A stretch of 64,000 nucleotides of DNA from Candidatus Kapaibacterium sp. (GCA_963665665.1 OY762428.1:320001-384000); one strand, 5' to 3'. Numbered from the stretch's first letter, positions 37,153-48,559 are shown. The notes: generated by a model not told the origin, from the letters alone. Numbers and translations are program-made.

Positions 37153-40100
37153 ATGAAGATGAAAAAGTTTTTACTGCTATTTTTAGTATCAGCATTATTG
37201 ATATTTTCCAATAGTGCCTACGCGGATATATTGGAAGTGGACGGATATACTTATGATCCGGACGAACTGGTTGAAGACGTTCTTCTTGGCGGAGGTATTT
37301 CCGTTACCAGCGTAACTTTTTTTGGCCTTGATAATTCATGGCTGTATCCTTCTGTCGGAACATTTGACGGCGAAGGAACGGACATAGGACTTGATGAAGG
37401 TATATTCCTTTCTTCAGGATTTGTATCAAATGCTTCGATGACAAATACTTATCCCAATATGACCGGCGAAATTTATACAGACGGTGACGATGACCTGGAT
37501 ATATTGATTGATCCTTATGTCACAATGGATAAGACAATATTGGAATTCGAATTTGTTCCAATTTTTGAAACTGTTGAATTCCGCTATGTTTTTGCATCCG
37601 AGGAATACCGGGAATGGGTTTGTAGCCAATTCAATGATGTTTTTGGATTTTTCGTTAGCGGCCCGGGTATTGACGGAGAGGACGGATTTGAAAATGATGC
37701 AATAAATATTGCAATTGTTCCGAATACAACCGACGTTGAAGTGGCAATCAATTCTGTTAATGACGGTTGTCATGATACGGAAGACGGAACAGACCCGATA
37801 TGTCCTTCTGTGTGCACGCCATCAAATACTATGTATTTTAATTGTAATGTTCCCGAATCCTGTGATCTTGATGGAGAGACAGTTGAATTCGACGGTTATA
37901 CAGATGTTTTCACTGCTCGTATCACAAATCTGGAACCATGTGAAACCTACAGGATTAAACTTGCTGTTGCTGATGCCGGTGACCGCTTGTATGATTCAGG
38001 TGTGTTCCTGGAGGCCGGATCGTTTACTTCAGTTGGTGAATACGGTGGTACTGAGGTAACTGTATGCTCGGGTGAAGATATTCAGATTGGCCCTGATGAA
38101 GTTTCAGGATTAACATATACCTGGACAGACCCGAACGGATACCTGAGTTCAACCAGCGCAGCTAACCCTGTTGTAAATATTACAAATACAAGCGGCGAAC
38201 CGGTTGATTATACATTTCCTCTGGAAATATCCGATTGTATTTCAACAACTTTTACAGTTACTGTAAATCCCGAACCGACACCTGATATTACCGGCGACGA
38301 AGAAGTTTGCCCTAATTCAGAGGGTGTTGAATATTATATTGATGCAATAAGCGATGCTTCCTACACATGGACTGTTGCTGGAAATATTTCAATTGCCAGC
38401 GGAACAAGTTCATCAACAGCTACAATGAATTTCACATCGGCAGGAAGTGCTACTATAACTGTTGCCGTAACAAATGCAGACGGATGCGTTGGTGAAGATA
38501 CTTTTGAAGTAACAATCAATGAAGATCCACCGGATCCGACAGTATATGGTTATTACCAGTGTGAAGAAGAAACCGTAACCTATACTCCTGTTTACGGCGA
38601 CGACTCAGCTTACGATTACGAATGGTCAGTAACCGGAGGTACAATAGTTGGCGACAACACAAACGCGCAATTTACCATAGCCTGGGGAACTGTTCCCGGA
38701 GACTATGAGATAAGCGTGCTGGTAACTGATAAAGAAACCGGATGCGAGGCAACTTATGAATACCCGGTCAGCCTGAATTATAAACCTACTGCTGAATTTA
38801 CTGGTGACATCAGTGTTTGTGCCGGAGGCCAGACTAGTTATAGCGCTACTGATGTTATCGATGATGGTGGCGAAGGCGGCTATGAAAGTGAGATGTTCTA
38901 TTCATGGTCAGTTACCGGCGGAACTATTGTTGTTCAAACCTTGGATGGCGAACATATACTGGTTGAATGGCCAACAACAGGAGGCTCTGCTACCGTTTCG
39001 CTTATCCAGACATCCTATGATGTTGGCGTAATGTGTACAAACGAGACAGAGCAGGTTATAACTATTGTTGAGCTAAGTCCGGAAATATATTGCGGCGATG
39101 ACGAAACAGACTGTAGTGCCTGTGCAAATGAAGAAGGCCAGATATTTTATACTGATGCTGATGAAGACCTGACTTACGAATGGTCAATCTCGGGAGGTAC
39201 AATTGTAAGTAATTTGATGCCTTATCAGATTGAAGTTGACTGGGGAGATGTTAGCCCCGGATCAATATCATTAACAGTAACCGAGATTGAATCGGGCTGT
39301 ACCGGTACTGCTGTAATGGAAGTAACACTAAACGAGAATCCTGATCCGATTATAATGGGAGACTGGGAAGCCTGTGAAGATGGAACGGGATCGCAGTTCC
39401 TGGTAATTAATCCTGAAGAAGGTGATACATATAGCTGGACAGTTGACTCTCCGGGAACAATCGTGGGTTCCGCTACAAGCAGTTCCATATCAGTTGACTG
39501 GGATGGCGCAGGTAGCGGTTATGTAACCTGCGAAGTTACCAACAGCAGCGGCTGTACAGCAACTGAAGAATTTGAATTCTATGTTTATCCCAACCCTGAT
39601 CCTGAAATTACAGGCGATAATAGTGTTTGTGCCGGAGAATCAATGGTAGAATATTCATGTCCATTGGTTGTACGCAGATATTATGATTGGAGTGTTACAG
39701 GTGGTACAATAGTAGGATCATCGACAGGAAACAGCATTACTGTTGACTGGGGTGATGCCGGTAGCGGAACTGTTTCTGTTATTGCCACAGAACGCCACAT
39801 GGAAGGCTTACTTGAATGTACCGGAACTGACGAACTTACCGTTACAATCAATCCTTTACCGGAGCCTGTAATAGCTGGAAATGCTGATGTTTGTGACAAT
39901 GCAACCGGAGAAATTTATGAAACTACAAACAATACAGGTAGTAGTTTTATATGGTTTATACATGGAAACGGATCAATAACAAATGGCGAATACACTAACC
40001 GTGTAACAGTTAACCTTTCAGTAGGTTCTGCTACACTGACAGTATACGAAACCGACGTGAACGGTTGTGAAAACTCAGATGATTTTGTTGTTACAACTCA

Positions 40101-43100
40101 TGAATATCCCGAGCCTTCAATCATTGGTACAAATGCACTTTGCGAAGGCAGCAGGAGTTCACAATATTATACAGAATACGACTCTGATAATACTTATTCC
40201 TGGACTGTTGTTGGCGGTACTATGACTGCCGGATCTGATCCTGCAAGAATTTTAGTTGACTGGGCCGGTTCTGGTACTGGAAGTGTTGAAGTAACAGAAA
40301 CAACCCCTTACGGTTGTGAATCAACAGATTTCATGACAATAGAATTATATGCAAATCCTGAACCTGAAATAACAGGAACTGAGACACTTTGTGAACTCAG
40401 CGAAGGAGAAATGTATTCTACTCCTGCAACTGAAGGCAGTACTTTCAGTTGGACAGTTAGCGGCGGTACTATCGTTGGTTCTGCTACAGGTAATTCAATT
40501 ACTGTTAACTGGGGCGATGCCGGTAGCGGTGTTGTTCAGGTTACAGAAACAAGTGCAGATGGTTGCGTTGGAATGGATGCAATGGGTATTACACTATATC
40601 CGAATCCGGAACCATCAATCAGCGGTTCCATTGAAACCTGCCAAAATGGAGAAACCCTGTCTTATTCAACGCCTTCAGTTAGTGGGCATGAATACTCATG
40701 GAGTATTACAGGCGGCAGTTTTGTTGGCGTATCAAATACATCAAGTGTAAGTGTTATCTGGGGCAGCCCCGGAACCGGAACTCTTATGGTTACTGAAACA
40801 ACCGAATACGGTTGCGAAGAAACAGATGAAATTCAGGTGACAATACTTGAGAATCCGGAACCTGTTATCAGCGGGCTTGATGAAATTTGTGAATACGAAA
40901 GCTCTGTTGTTTATACAGTTGCTGTTGACAATTCAGGCCGTGAATTCACCTATTTATGGGAAGTTACCGGTGGTACTATTGCCGGTTTAAATACAGGGCC
41001 CGGAGTAACTGTTAACTGGGGTGGCGCCGGAACAGGTACCGTAAAAGTTACTGAAACATCACAATACGGATGTGTTGGCGAATATGAAATGAGTGTTACA
41101 ATTCTAAGAAGCCCGACACCAGCTATAAGTGGCAAAATCAATGTTTGTGATGGCGAGGAAGCAGTTGCTTACCAGACAAATGCAGTAACCGGTGATACTT
41201 ATGCCTGGACTGTTAGTGGTGGTACGATTGTTAGCGGCCAGGGAACCAATACTATACTTGTTAATTGGGGAACTGCCGGTGCAGGTAATGTTTCGATAAC
41301 ACAGACTTCACAGGATGGCTGTGTTGGAGAGGATGATCTGGATGTTATGGTCAATCCTAATCCTGAGCCTATGATAACCGGTACAACAGGCCTCTGTGAA
41401 GGTGATGAAGGTCTGGTTTACCAGACTGAGAACATAGCAGGATATGACTATGAGTGGTCGGTTTCCGGCGGTACATTAGTCAGCGGCCAGGGAACAAACT
41501 CGATTACTGTCGACTGGGGTGGAGTCGGAACCGGAATGGTAGAAGTTCTTGTTACATCTGAATACGGATGTGAAGGTTCTGATGAACTTTATGTTGATAT
41601 TTATCCATATCCTACACCTGAGATAATGGGTGAAACAGAAGTATGTGCTCGTGAAACAGGTGCTGTATATTATACTTATGAAAATTCACCTGATAACAAT
41701 TATTTGTGGACTGTTACAGGCGGCAATATTTCCACCGGACAGGGAACATCGAGAATTGTTGTTACCTGGGGCGAAGCCGGAACCGGCACAGTTTCTCTTG
41801 TTGAATCTAATGATTATGGATGTAGTAGTTCAGATGAGCTTGATGTAACTATTCATCCTCTACCCGATGTTTATATTGAAGGTGAAACTATTGTTTGTGC
41901 CGACGAAGAAGCTGAATACAGAACTAATGTTGAACGTGGTACAACTGTTCTCTGGTCTGTAAGCGGAGGTACGATTATCGGCAACAATAGCGGCATTACA
42001 TGCAATGTGAAATGGGGCAGTGCAGGAACCGGTACAGTTACTCTTACAAGAACTAACAGCGAAACCGGCTGTAGTAATTCAAACGAAATTACTGTTACGG
42101 TTTACCCGATTCCTCAGCCACGCATTTCAGGCGATCAAGTTGTTTGTGGTAAATCCAGAGTTACCTATACAGCCAATAATGAACCCGGAACAAGTAATGA
42201 ATGGCTTGTTCTCAGAGGTGAGATAATTGGTGAAAATGACGGAAACAGTATTCTTGTAGAATGGGATGCTCTTGGTTCAGGCCTGGTAAGATTGACAAGA
42301 ACATCACCTGAAGGCTGTTCGAATTCAGACGAAATTGAAGTTACAATTAACCGTATGCCGCAGGCTCAGATTACCGGCGACACGGATCCCTGCTCAGGAG
42401 AAATTGCTACTTACGAGACATCCAACACCCCGGGAGCAGATTATCAATGGTCAGTTACCGGTGGTACGATTGTTGGACCTGATGACGAATACATGGTTGA
42501 TGTTGAATGGGGTAACCCTGGAAGCGGAGTTGTATATTTAACTAAAACGTCTGCCGAAGGCTGTGAAGATTCACGTTCACGCCAGGTGGATATTAAAGCT
42601 TCTCCATCAGCAAATATAACAGGCGAGATCATAGTTTGCGTTGGCCAGACCACTACTTATGACTCATTTATTGAAAATGGATCGGGTATTACAAGTAAAT
42701 GGACGCTGAGTGGCGGCGGAACAATTGACGGCCCGGATGACAGAAGCGCTGTTGATATTAACTGGACTACTGTCGGAACTTATAAAGTTCAGGTTACAAA
42801 AACAAACCAATGGGGCTGCAGCGAAACATCTGATATCGAAGTTTCAGTTGTGAATGGTCCCGAGCCGGAGATCAACGGAACAACATCAGTTTGCCTTGGT
42901 GATGACGAGATATATTCAACACCTGATGTTGCCAATATGACAAATGAATGGACTGTTGAAGGAGCAACTCTGCAATCTGGTAATACAGGAAACTCTATTG
43001 ATGTCCTGTTTGATCAGGTCGGAAATGTTACTATTACAGTTAAGCAGACAAATACTCTGAACGGTTGTGAAGGTATAGCAGAGATTGAAATAATTGTTAA

Positions 43101-43809
43101 TCCGCTGCCTGACGTTCAACTTTCATCTCTTGAGAGATGTTTGAATGACGCACCTGTTACATTAACTCAGGGAACTCCCGAGGGTGGAACTTACGATGGC
43201 CCGGGCATAACCGGTAACAACTTCGATCCGGCTGCAGCTGGTGTAGGAACTCATACCGTTACTTATACCTACACAGATGAAAACGGATGTACCGGAACAG
43301 CAGAAGCAACGTTTACTGTTCATCCGGTACCTGATAAACCGACAATAACAATCGAGGAAGATATTGCTACTTCCAGCGCAGACGAAGGGAATCAGTGGTA
43401 TAAAGATGGCTCCATGATCAGCGGGGCTACTGATAAAACACTGAAACTTACCGAAGAAGGTACCTACAGCGTGGTAGTAACTAACGAGTTTGGTTGCGAA
43501 TCGGAAGCATCAGACGGATTGTTCTTCGATCCTACAGGTGTTGAAGACCTTGCAAAGCATGGTATCAATATATTCCCGAACCCGACCGACGGACAGTTGA
43601 GAATTGAATTTGTTTCAGAAATACCGCAAAGGATAGAACTCAGGCTTACCAACCTGGTTGGAAATCTGATGCTTGAAAACGGATTTGATAATTTCAGCGG
43701 AAAATTCGTTCACAATCTTGATCTTCAGGACTACCGAAGCGGAGTTTATATTCTTGAACTTAGGATTGGTTCCAAAGTTTATCACCAGAAGATTGTTCTG
43801 AACAGGTAA
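37153..43809 (+). CDS. Giant T9SS-secreted surface protein: choice-of-anchor L-like domain, about 19 PKD-like repeats, T9SS type A CTD
   Basis: FRYVFASEEY...FNDVFGFF.SGPG...DSGVF; about 85-aa repeats (I.G...C...Y.W.V.GG.I...V.WG..G.G...GC); IFPNP...SGVY...KIV tail. Confidence 0.9.
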   Translation: MKMKKFLLLFLVSALLIFSNSAYADILEVDGYTYDPDELVEDVLLGGGISVTSVTFFGLDNSWLYPSVGTFDGEGTDIGLDEGIFLSSGFVSNASMTNTYPNMTGEIYTDGDDDLDILIDPYVTMDKTILEFEFVPIFETVEFRYVFASEEYREWVCSQFNDVFGFFVSGPGIDGEDGFENDAINIAIVPNTTDVEVAINSVNDGCHDTEDGTDPICPSVCTPSNTMYFNCNVPESCDLDGETVEFDGYTDVFTARITNLEPCETYRIKLAVADAGDRLYDSGVFLEAGSFTSVGEYGGTEVTVCSGEDIQIGPDEVSGLTYTWTDPNGYLSSTSAANPVVNITNTSGEPVDYTFPLEISDCISTTFTVTVNPEPTPDITGDEEVCPNSEGVEYYIDAISDASYTWTVAGNISIASGTSSSTATMNFTSAGSATITVAVTNADGCVGEDTFEVTINEDPPDPTVYGYYQCEEETVTYTPVYGDDSAYDYEWSVTGGTIVGDNTNAQFTIAWGTVPGDYEISVLVTDKETGCEATYEYPVSLNYKPTAEFTGDISVCAGGQTSYSATDVIDDGGEGGYESEMFYSWSVTGGTIVVQTLDGEHILVEWPTTGGSATVSLIQTSYDVGVMCTNETEQVITIVELSPEIYCGDDETDCSACANEEGQIFYTDADEDLTYEWSISGGTIVSNLMPYQIEVDWGDVSPGSISLTVTEIESGCTGTAVMEVTLNENPDPIIMGDWEACEDGTGSQFLVINPEEGDTYSWTVDSPGTIVGSATSSSISVDWDGAGSGYVTCEVTNSSGCTATEEFEFYVYPNPDPEITGDNSVCAGESMVEYSCPLVVRRYYDWSVTGGTIVGSSTGNSITVDWGDAGSGTVSVIATERHMEGLLECTGTDELTVTINPLPEPVIAGNADVCDNATGEIYETTNNTGSSFIWFIHGNGSITNGEYTNRVTVNLSVGSATLTVYETDVNGCENSDDFVVTTHEYPEPSIIGTNALCEGSRSSQYYTEYDSDNTYSWTVVGGTMTAGSDPARILVDWAGSGTGSVEVTETTPYGCESTDFMTIELYANPEPEITGTETLCELSEGEMYSTPATEGSTFSWTVSGGTIVGSATGNSITVNWGDAGSGVVQVTETSADGCVGMDAMGITLYPNPEPSISGSIETCQNGETLSYSTPSVSGHEYSWSITGGSFVGVSNTSSVSVIWGSPGTGTLMVTETTEYGCEETDEIQVTILENPEPVISGLDEICEYESSVVYTVAVDNSGREFTYLWEVTGGTIAGLNTGPGVTVNWGGAGTGTVKVTETSQYGCVGEYEMSVTILRSPTPAISGKINVCDGEEAVAYQTNAVTGDTYAWTVSGGTIVSGQGTNTILVNWGTAGAGNVSITQTSQDGCVGEDDLDVMVNPNPEPMITGTTGLCEGDEGLVYQTENIAGYDYEWSVSGGTLVSGQGTNSITVDWGGVGTGMVEVLVTSEYGCEGSDELYVDIYPYPTPEIMGETEVCARETGAVYYTYENSPDNNYLWTVTGGNISTGQGTSRIVVTWGEAGTGTVSLVESNDYGCSSSDELDVTIHPLPDVYIEGETIVCADEEAEYRTNVERGTTVLWSVSGGTIIGNNSGITCNVKWGSAGTGTVTLTRTNSETGCSNSNEITVTVYPIPQPRISGDQVVCGKSRVTYTANNEPGTSNEWLVLRGEIIGENDGNSILVEWDALGSGLVRLTRTSPEGCSNSDEIEVTINRMPQAQITGDTDPCSGEIATYETSNTPGADYQWSVTGGTIVGPDDEYMVDVEWGNPGSGVVYLTKTSAEGCEDSRSRQVDIKASPSANITGEIIVCVGQTTTYDSFIENGSGITSKWTLSGGGTIDGPDDRSAVDINWTTVGTYKVQVTKTNQWGCSETSDIEVSVVNGPEPEINGTTSVCLGDDEIYSTPDVANMTNEWTVEGATLQSGNTGNSIDVLFDQVGNVTITVKQTNTLNGCEGIAEIEIIVNPLPDVQLSSLERCLNDAPVTLTQGTPEGGTYDGPGITGNNFDPAAAGVGTHTVTYTYTDENGCTGTAEATFTVHPVPDKPTITIEEDIATSSADEGNQWYKDGSMISGATDKTLKLTEEGTYSVVVTNEFGCESEASDGLFFDPTGVEDLAKHGINIFPNPTDGQLRIEFVSEIPQRIELRLTNLVGNLMLENGFDNFSGKFVHNLDLQDYRSGVYILELRIGSKVYHQKIVLNR

Positions 43810-43837
43810 ACTGAAATATATTTTATTTGAAATTTCT

Positions 43838-43865
43838 TGTAGGGGCAATAAAAATTGTCCCTACA
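43838..43865. repeat. GTAG-type palindrome (REP-like or terminator)
   Basis: TGTAGGGGCAA-loop-TTGTCCCTACA. Confidence 0.5.
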
Positions 43866-43915
43866 TGTTTTTAAAGTAAAATTATGATTGTCTTCAATTT
43901 TTATGAAAGGTAATA

Positions 43916-44698
43916 ATGGAATATTCAACTTTAATATTTGAGAAAAAAGAAAATTACGCGATAGTAATCTTAAACCGTCCTGATAAATTGAACGCTCTTA
44001 ACACCAAACTATTTAACGAACTGAATGATGTTGTGGAAAAAGTGGAACTTGACAGAGATATCCGGGCTTTGATCCTGACCGGTACAGGGGAAAAGGCATT
44101 TGCTGCAGGTGCTGATATAAAAGAATTACATGAATCAGATGACCGCTCCGGAAAACTATTCTCCGAGCACGGATCTAAAGTAATGGCAAGATTAGAACAG
44201 CTACGGATTCCGGTTATTGCCGCCGTAAACGGTTTTGCTCTTGGAGGTGGATGTGAACTTGCAATGTCCTGCCATATACGCTTTGCTTCAGAAAAAGCTA
44301 AAATGGGCCAGCCTGAAGTTAATCTTGGTATAATTCCCGGTTATGGGGGAACTCAAAGACTTCCCAGGCTTGTTGGGATGCCCAAAGCGATTGAACTTAT
44401 TATTTCTGGCGATATGGTTGATGCGCAGGAAGCAAAAAATATCGGATTGGTTAACCAGGTTTTCCAGCATGATGAGCTGATGCCAAAAACAATTGAATTT
44501 GTTCAAAAAGTTTTGACAAAAGGCCCATTATCTGTTTCGGCAGCTATTGAAACTATTCAGGCATCAGGAAGTTTATCATTATATGAAGGCCTTGCCTTTG
44601 AATCAAAAGTTTTTGGAGCTACATGCGGTACTGATGATTTCAAAGAAGGAACTCTTGCATTCCTCGAAAAACGTAAGGCTGAATTCAAAGGGAATTAA
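43916..44698 (+). CDS. Enoyl-CoA hydratase (crotonase)
   Basis: LNRP.KLNAL, AGADI, ALGGGCEL, GQPE..LG..PG.GGTQRL. Confidence 0.92.
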   Translation: MEYSTLIFEKKENYAIVILNRPDKLNALNTKLFNELNDVVEKVELDRDIRALILTGTGEKAFAAGADIKELHESDDRSGKLFSEHGSKVMARLEQLRIPVIAAVNGFALGGGCELAMSCHIRFASEKAKMGQPEVNLGIIPGYGGTQRLPRLVGMPKAIELIISGDMVDAQEAKNIGLVNQVFQHDELMPKTIEFVQKVLTKGPLSVSAAIETIQASGSLSLYEGLAFESKVFGATCGTDDFKEGTLAFLEKRKAEFKGN

Positions 44699-44738
44699 CA
44701 ATTATTCAGAATTCCTTGTTTAAGCCTCATTTTTTCCT

Positions 44739-44794
44739 TATATTTGTATATGCGAAGTGTTTGAAATTATTTATTTTCTGCGCTTCGCATTTTT
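44739..44794 (+). promoter_or_regulatory. TAnnTTTG promoter box followed by a hairpin with T-tail upstream of ablA
   Basis: TATATTTG at 44739-44746; ATGCGAAGTG(44750)...CGCTTCGCAT(44790)TTTT. Confidence 0.45.
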
Positions 44795-44820
44795 AGTATG
44801 TACCAGAATACGGCAGGCAA

Positions 44821-46140
44821 ATGTTTGATAATCAAACGATTACAGCAAAAGAAAAACGCATTGCAACCCATATTGAGACAAAAGACTTTGATAGAAACTG
44901 GAGAGACTGGAAGTGGCAGATAAAAAACTCAATAAGAGATATCTCTACTTTTGAAAAATTAACCGGAATACGGTTTCCTCCGAAACAGAGAAATGAAATT
45001 GAAAAAACCCTTGACAAATTTCCTCTTTCAATTACACCTTACTACTTATCATTAATCGACTTTGAAAATTACGAGCTGGATCCTGTTTTCAGGCAGTCCT
45101 TCCCGGTACCGGATGAATTGAAGAACAGTGATTATGATATGGCAGATCCTCTTGCAGAAGACAAAGATTCTCCGGTAGCAAATATTACACACAGATATCC
45201 TGACAGAGTACTTTTCACAGTAAGTAACACATGCTCTATGTATTGCAGGCATTGTACACGAAAAAGAAAAGTAGGAGATAAAGATTTTATTCCTGTAAGA
45301 AATGAAATTAAGGATGGTATTGATTATATAAGGGATCATCCGGAAGTAAGGGACGTTCTTCTTTCCGGGGGCGACCCACTGATGCTTTCTGACGAATATC
45401 TTGACTGGCTTCTTGGCGAAATTTCAGCAATTAAACATGTTGAGCTTATCAGAATAGGTACACGCATGCCGGTTGTTCTGCCTTACAGGATAACAGATAA
45501 ACTGGTAAATATTATTAAGAAGCATCATCCGGTTTGGGTTAATACTCATTTTAACCACCCAAGAGAAATTACTGCTTCTTCAAAATTCGCACTCAGGAAA
45601 CTTGCTGATGCGGGAATTCCTCTCGGAAACCAGACGGTTCTGCTTTCCGGCGTAAATGATTGTCCGAAGATTATGAAAAAACTTGTTCATAAACTTGTTC
45701 AGAACCGTGTCAGGCCTTATTATCTTTATCAATGCGATCTTTCAGAAGGTTTAACCCACTTCCGTACGCCGGTTGGAAAAGGTATTGAAATAATTGAAAA
45801 TCTTATAGGCCATACAAGCGGATTTTCCGTCCCTACTTATGTGATTGATGCTCCCGGTGGCGGTGGTAAAATTCCTGTTATGCCTAATTATCTCATATCC
45901 TGGTCAACCAATAAAGTTGTACTAAGGAATTATGAAGGCGTAATCACAACATATAAGGAACCTGATTCTTATGAGCCTGTTTTTTGCGACCGGAATTGTG
46001 ATAAATGTGAATTACCATTGAATTTATCCGAAGGCGACGAAGTTAAATCCATTGGAATTTCTCAACTTCTTTCTGATGAAGATGATACTATTTCGCTCGT
46101 CCCCTCGAGTAATGACAGGATGGAAAGAAGAAATAATTAA
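44821..46140 (+). CDS. ablA: Lysine 2,3-aminomutase
   Basis: [35 protein letters not shown]; clustered with ablB. Confidence 0.93.
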   Translation: MFDNQTITAKEKRIATHIETKDFDRNWRDWKWQIKNSIRDISTFEKLTGIRFPPKQRNEIEKTLDKFPLSITPYYLSLIDFENYELDPVFRQSFPVPDELKNSDYDMADPLAEDKDSPVANITHRYPDRVLFTVSNTCSMYCRHCTRKRKVGDKDFIPVRNEIKDGIDYIRDHPEVRDVLLSGGDPLMLSDEYLDWLLGEISAIKHVELIRIGTRMPVVLPYRITDKLVNIIKKHHPVWVNTHFNHPREITASSKFALRKLADAGIPLGNQTVLLSGVNDCPKIMKKLVHKLVQNRVRPYYLYQCDLSEGLTHFRTPVGKGIEIIENLIGHTSGFSVPTYVIDAPGGGGKIPVMPNYLISWSTNKVVLRNYEGVITTYKEPDSYEPVFCDRNCDKCELPLNLSEGDEVKSIGISQLLSDEDDTISLVPSSNDRMERRNN

Positions 46141-46142
46141 GC

Positions 46143-47564
46143 ATGTCTTTAATTGATTTTCTAATACTAATTATATATCTGACGGCTGTTTTTCTGGTAG
46201 GAGTTTACTTCTACCGGAAAAATAGTACTAACGAGGACTATTTTGTCGGGAACCGATCTATTGGTGCCTGGCATATAGGATTGTCTGTTGTTGCAACTGA
46301 TGTTGGCGGCGGATTTTCAATAGGACTGGGCGGCCTGGGTTTTGTAATGGGATTATCTGGCAGCTGGCTTTTATTTACCGGGCTTGTAGGTGCATGGATG
46401 GCGGCAGTATTAATAATTCCAATTATCAAGAAAATAGATAAAAAGAATTCCTTCATGACATTTCCTGATTTTCTCAGGCATACTTACGGGAACAGGGTAG
46501 CACTTGTTGCGGCTATCATTTCAGCCATCGGATACACAGGCTTTACCGGGGGGCAGATATCCGCAGGAGCAAAATTATCTGCATCTACTCTTTTCAGCGA
46601 TTTGCCCTTGGATATCGATCCAATGGTATTTTCCATAGTTGTGATAGCTCTTGTTATATTGATCTATACGGTATTAGGCGGTTTAAAAGCAGTTATTTAT
46701 ACTGATACAATCCAGTGGATTGTGTTAATGGCCGGGCTTTTATTTTTCGCAGTTCCTTTTACAATTATGGAAGTTGGCGGAATGGACAAGTTCATGGCCT
46801 CCCTGCCTGCTGAATTTTTTACCCTTACAAATCTGTCAATTTCAGATATACTAAACTGGTCCGTAACTATTATTCCGATCTGGTTTATAGCGATGACTCT
46901 TTATCAGAGGATATATGCTGCTCCAAATAAAAAAGAAGCACAAAAGGCATGGTTCATAGCTGGTATTTTTGAGTATCCTATTATGGCTTTTTCAGGCGTT
47001 TTCCTTGGTATGGCATCGAGAATATTCTTCGAGAATGCCGAACCTGAAACCGGATTGCCCTTGTTGCTCGGAACAGTGTTGCCGATTGGTATAAAGGGAC
47101 TGGTTATTTCTGCTTATTTTTCAGCTATTATGTCTACTGCTGACAGTTGCCTGATAGCAGCTTCCGGAACAATAACCGGGGATATAATTGGCAGGATAGG
47201 TTTCTTTAAAAAATATAATTCCAATCCTATCAAGACTTCTCAGATTATTACTCTGATAATTGGATTAACAACAATATTCATTGCCGTATCATTCGAGTCA
47301 GTTCTTGAAATTATTCTTCATTCCTATTCTGTAATGGTCTCAGGTTTGTTCTTCCCTACAATAGCCGCATATTTCTTCAGGAACAAATCAGAGAAGGCTG
47401 CTTTGGCTTCAATGATTGCCGGGGGATTATCTGTTTTAATATTAATTTTTTCAGGTGTAAAGTTGCCACTTGGCCTGGATCCGGTTTTCGGCGGGTTAGT
47501 GTTTTCTCTGGCAGCATATTTAATTGTATTGGCAATTTCTAAAAAGGTAGTAAATGATGTATGA
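46143..47564 (+). CDS. Sodium:solute symporter family protein
   Basis: DYFVG.R, ATDVGGG, GGLKAVIYTD.IQ, SAIMST.DS; about 13 TM segments. Confidence 0.9.
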   Translation: MSLIDFLILIIYLTAVFLVGVYFYRKNSTNEDYFVGNRSIGAWHIGLSVVATDVGGGFSIGLGGLGFVMGLSGSWLLFTGLVGAWMAAVLIIPIIKKIDKKNSFMTFPDFLRHTYGNRVALVAAIISAIGYTGFTGGQISAGAKLSASTLFSDLPLDIDPMVFSIVVIALVILIYTVLGGLKAVIYTDTIQWIVLMAGLLFFAVPFTIMEVGGMDKFMASLPAEFFTLTNLSISDILNWSVTIIPIWFIAMTLYQRIYAAPNKKEAQKAWFIAGIFEYPIMAFSGVFLGMASRIFFENAEPETGLPLLLGTVLPIGIKGLVISAYFSAIMSTADSCLIAASGTITGDIIGRIGFFKKYNSNPIKTSQIITLIIGLTTIFIAVSFESVLEIILHSYSVMVSGLFFPTIAAYFFRNKSEKAALASMIAGGLSVLILIFSGVKLPLGLDPVFGGLVFSLAAYLIVLAISKKVVNDV

Positions 47565-48399
47565 TATAATAGAAAAAATTGGCAAGTCACAAATTCAGCA
47601 CGGAAAAAACAACGACAGAATTTACCTGATGAAAATTCATGAAAACGATGCTGACAGTATTATTGAAAAAGTAGAAAATAAAGCCAGCGAAAATGATTAT
47701 TCAAAAATATTTGCGAAAATTCCTGAAAGATTTGTAGAAAAGTTTATTAATAATGGATACAGTATAGAGGCGTGGGTAAAAAAATTCTATTATGGAAATG
47801 AAAACGGATATTTCCTTGCTAAATACCTAAAGGCTGATCGAAGGGTATTAGCTTCTGCTGATAAAGAAGAAATTGATACAATACTTTCCACAGCTAATGC
47901 AAAAGCCCTGCCTGAATTCGATTACAACCTTCCCGACGGTTTTTCTATGAGGCCGCTTGACAGAGTAGATGCCGATAGCCTTGCCGCGCTTTACAAAATT
48001 GTATTTGAAACATATCCTTTCCCGATTCACAATCCGGAGTTTATCCTTGAAACAATGGATTCTAACGTTGAATATTTTGGTGTTTTCAATTCGGATAATG
48101 AGCTAATCGCTGCTTCATCGGCTGAAAAATACACAGAGTACGGAAATGTGGAAATGACTGATTTCGCCACCAATCCGGAATATCTCGGCCATGGATTTGC
48201 TATTGGGCTTCTGAAGCTGATGGAAACAGAAATGAAAAAGCAAAGAATGACAAACTTATACACAATAGCCCGTTCCCATTCATTCGGAATGAATATTACT
48301 TTCTCAAAAAACGGCTATCTGTTTGCCGGCACTCTTATTAATAATACGGATATATTTGGCCGGATAGAAAGCATGAATGTCTGGTATAAGAATATCTGA
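47554..48399 (+). CDS. ablB: Beta-lysine N-acetyltransferase
   Basis: QHGK.NDRIYLMK, YPFPI, EMTDFAT, YTIAR..S.GMN, NNT.I.G..ESMNVWYK. Confidence 0.92.
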   Translation: MMYDIIEKIGKSQIQHGKNNDRIYLMKIHENDADSIIEKVENKASENDYSKIFAKIPERFVEKFINNGYSIEAWVKKFYYGNENGYFLAKYLKADRRVLASADKEEIDTILSTANAKALPEFDYNLPDGFSMRPLDRVDADSLAALYKIVFETYPFPIHNPEFILETMDSNVEYFGVFNSDNELIAASSAEKYTEYGNVEMTDFATNPEYLGHGFAIGLLKLMETEMKKQRMTNLYTIARSHSFGMNITFSKNGYLFAGTLINNTDIFGRIESMNVWYKNI

Positions 48400-48426
48400 T
48401 AATTATTTTAAAAATCAGGAAAATTG

Positions 48427-48466
48427 AAAATCGTTGCGAATTTATTCCTTTGCAACGATTTTTTTT
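48427..48466 (+). terminator. Intrinsic terminator of the abl operon
   Basis: AAAATCGTTGC-loop-GCAACGATTTTTTTT. Confidence 0.8.
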
Positions 48467-48559
48467 ATAGAGAATAATTGAAAATTTCATTGAAGAAATC
48501 TATATCCCCCAAAAAAATATTTTTTAATGCAACAAATTATTATTATTTTCGTTTTGCAA

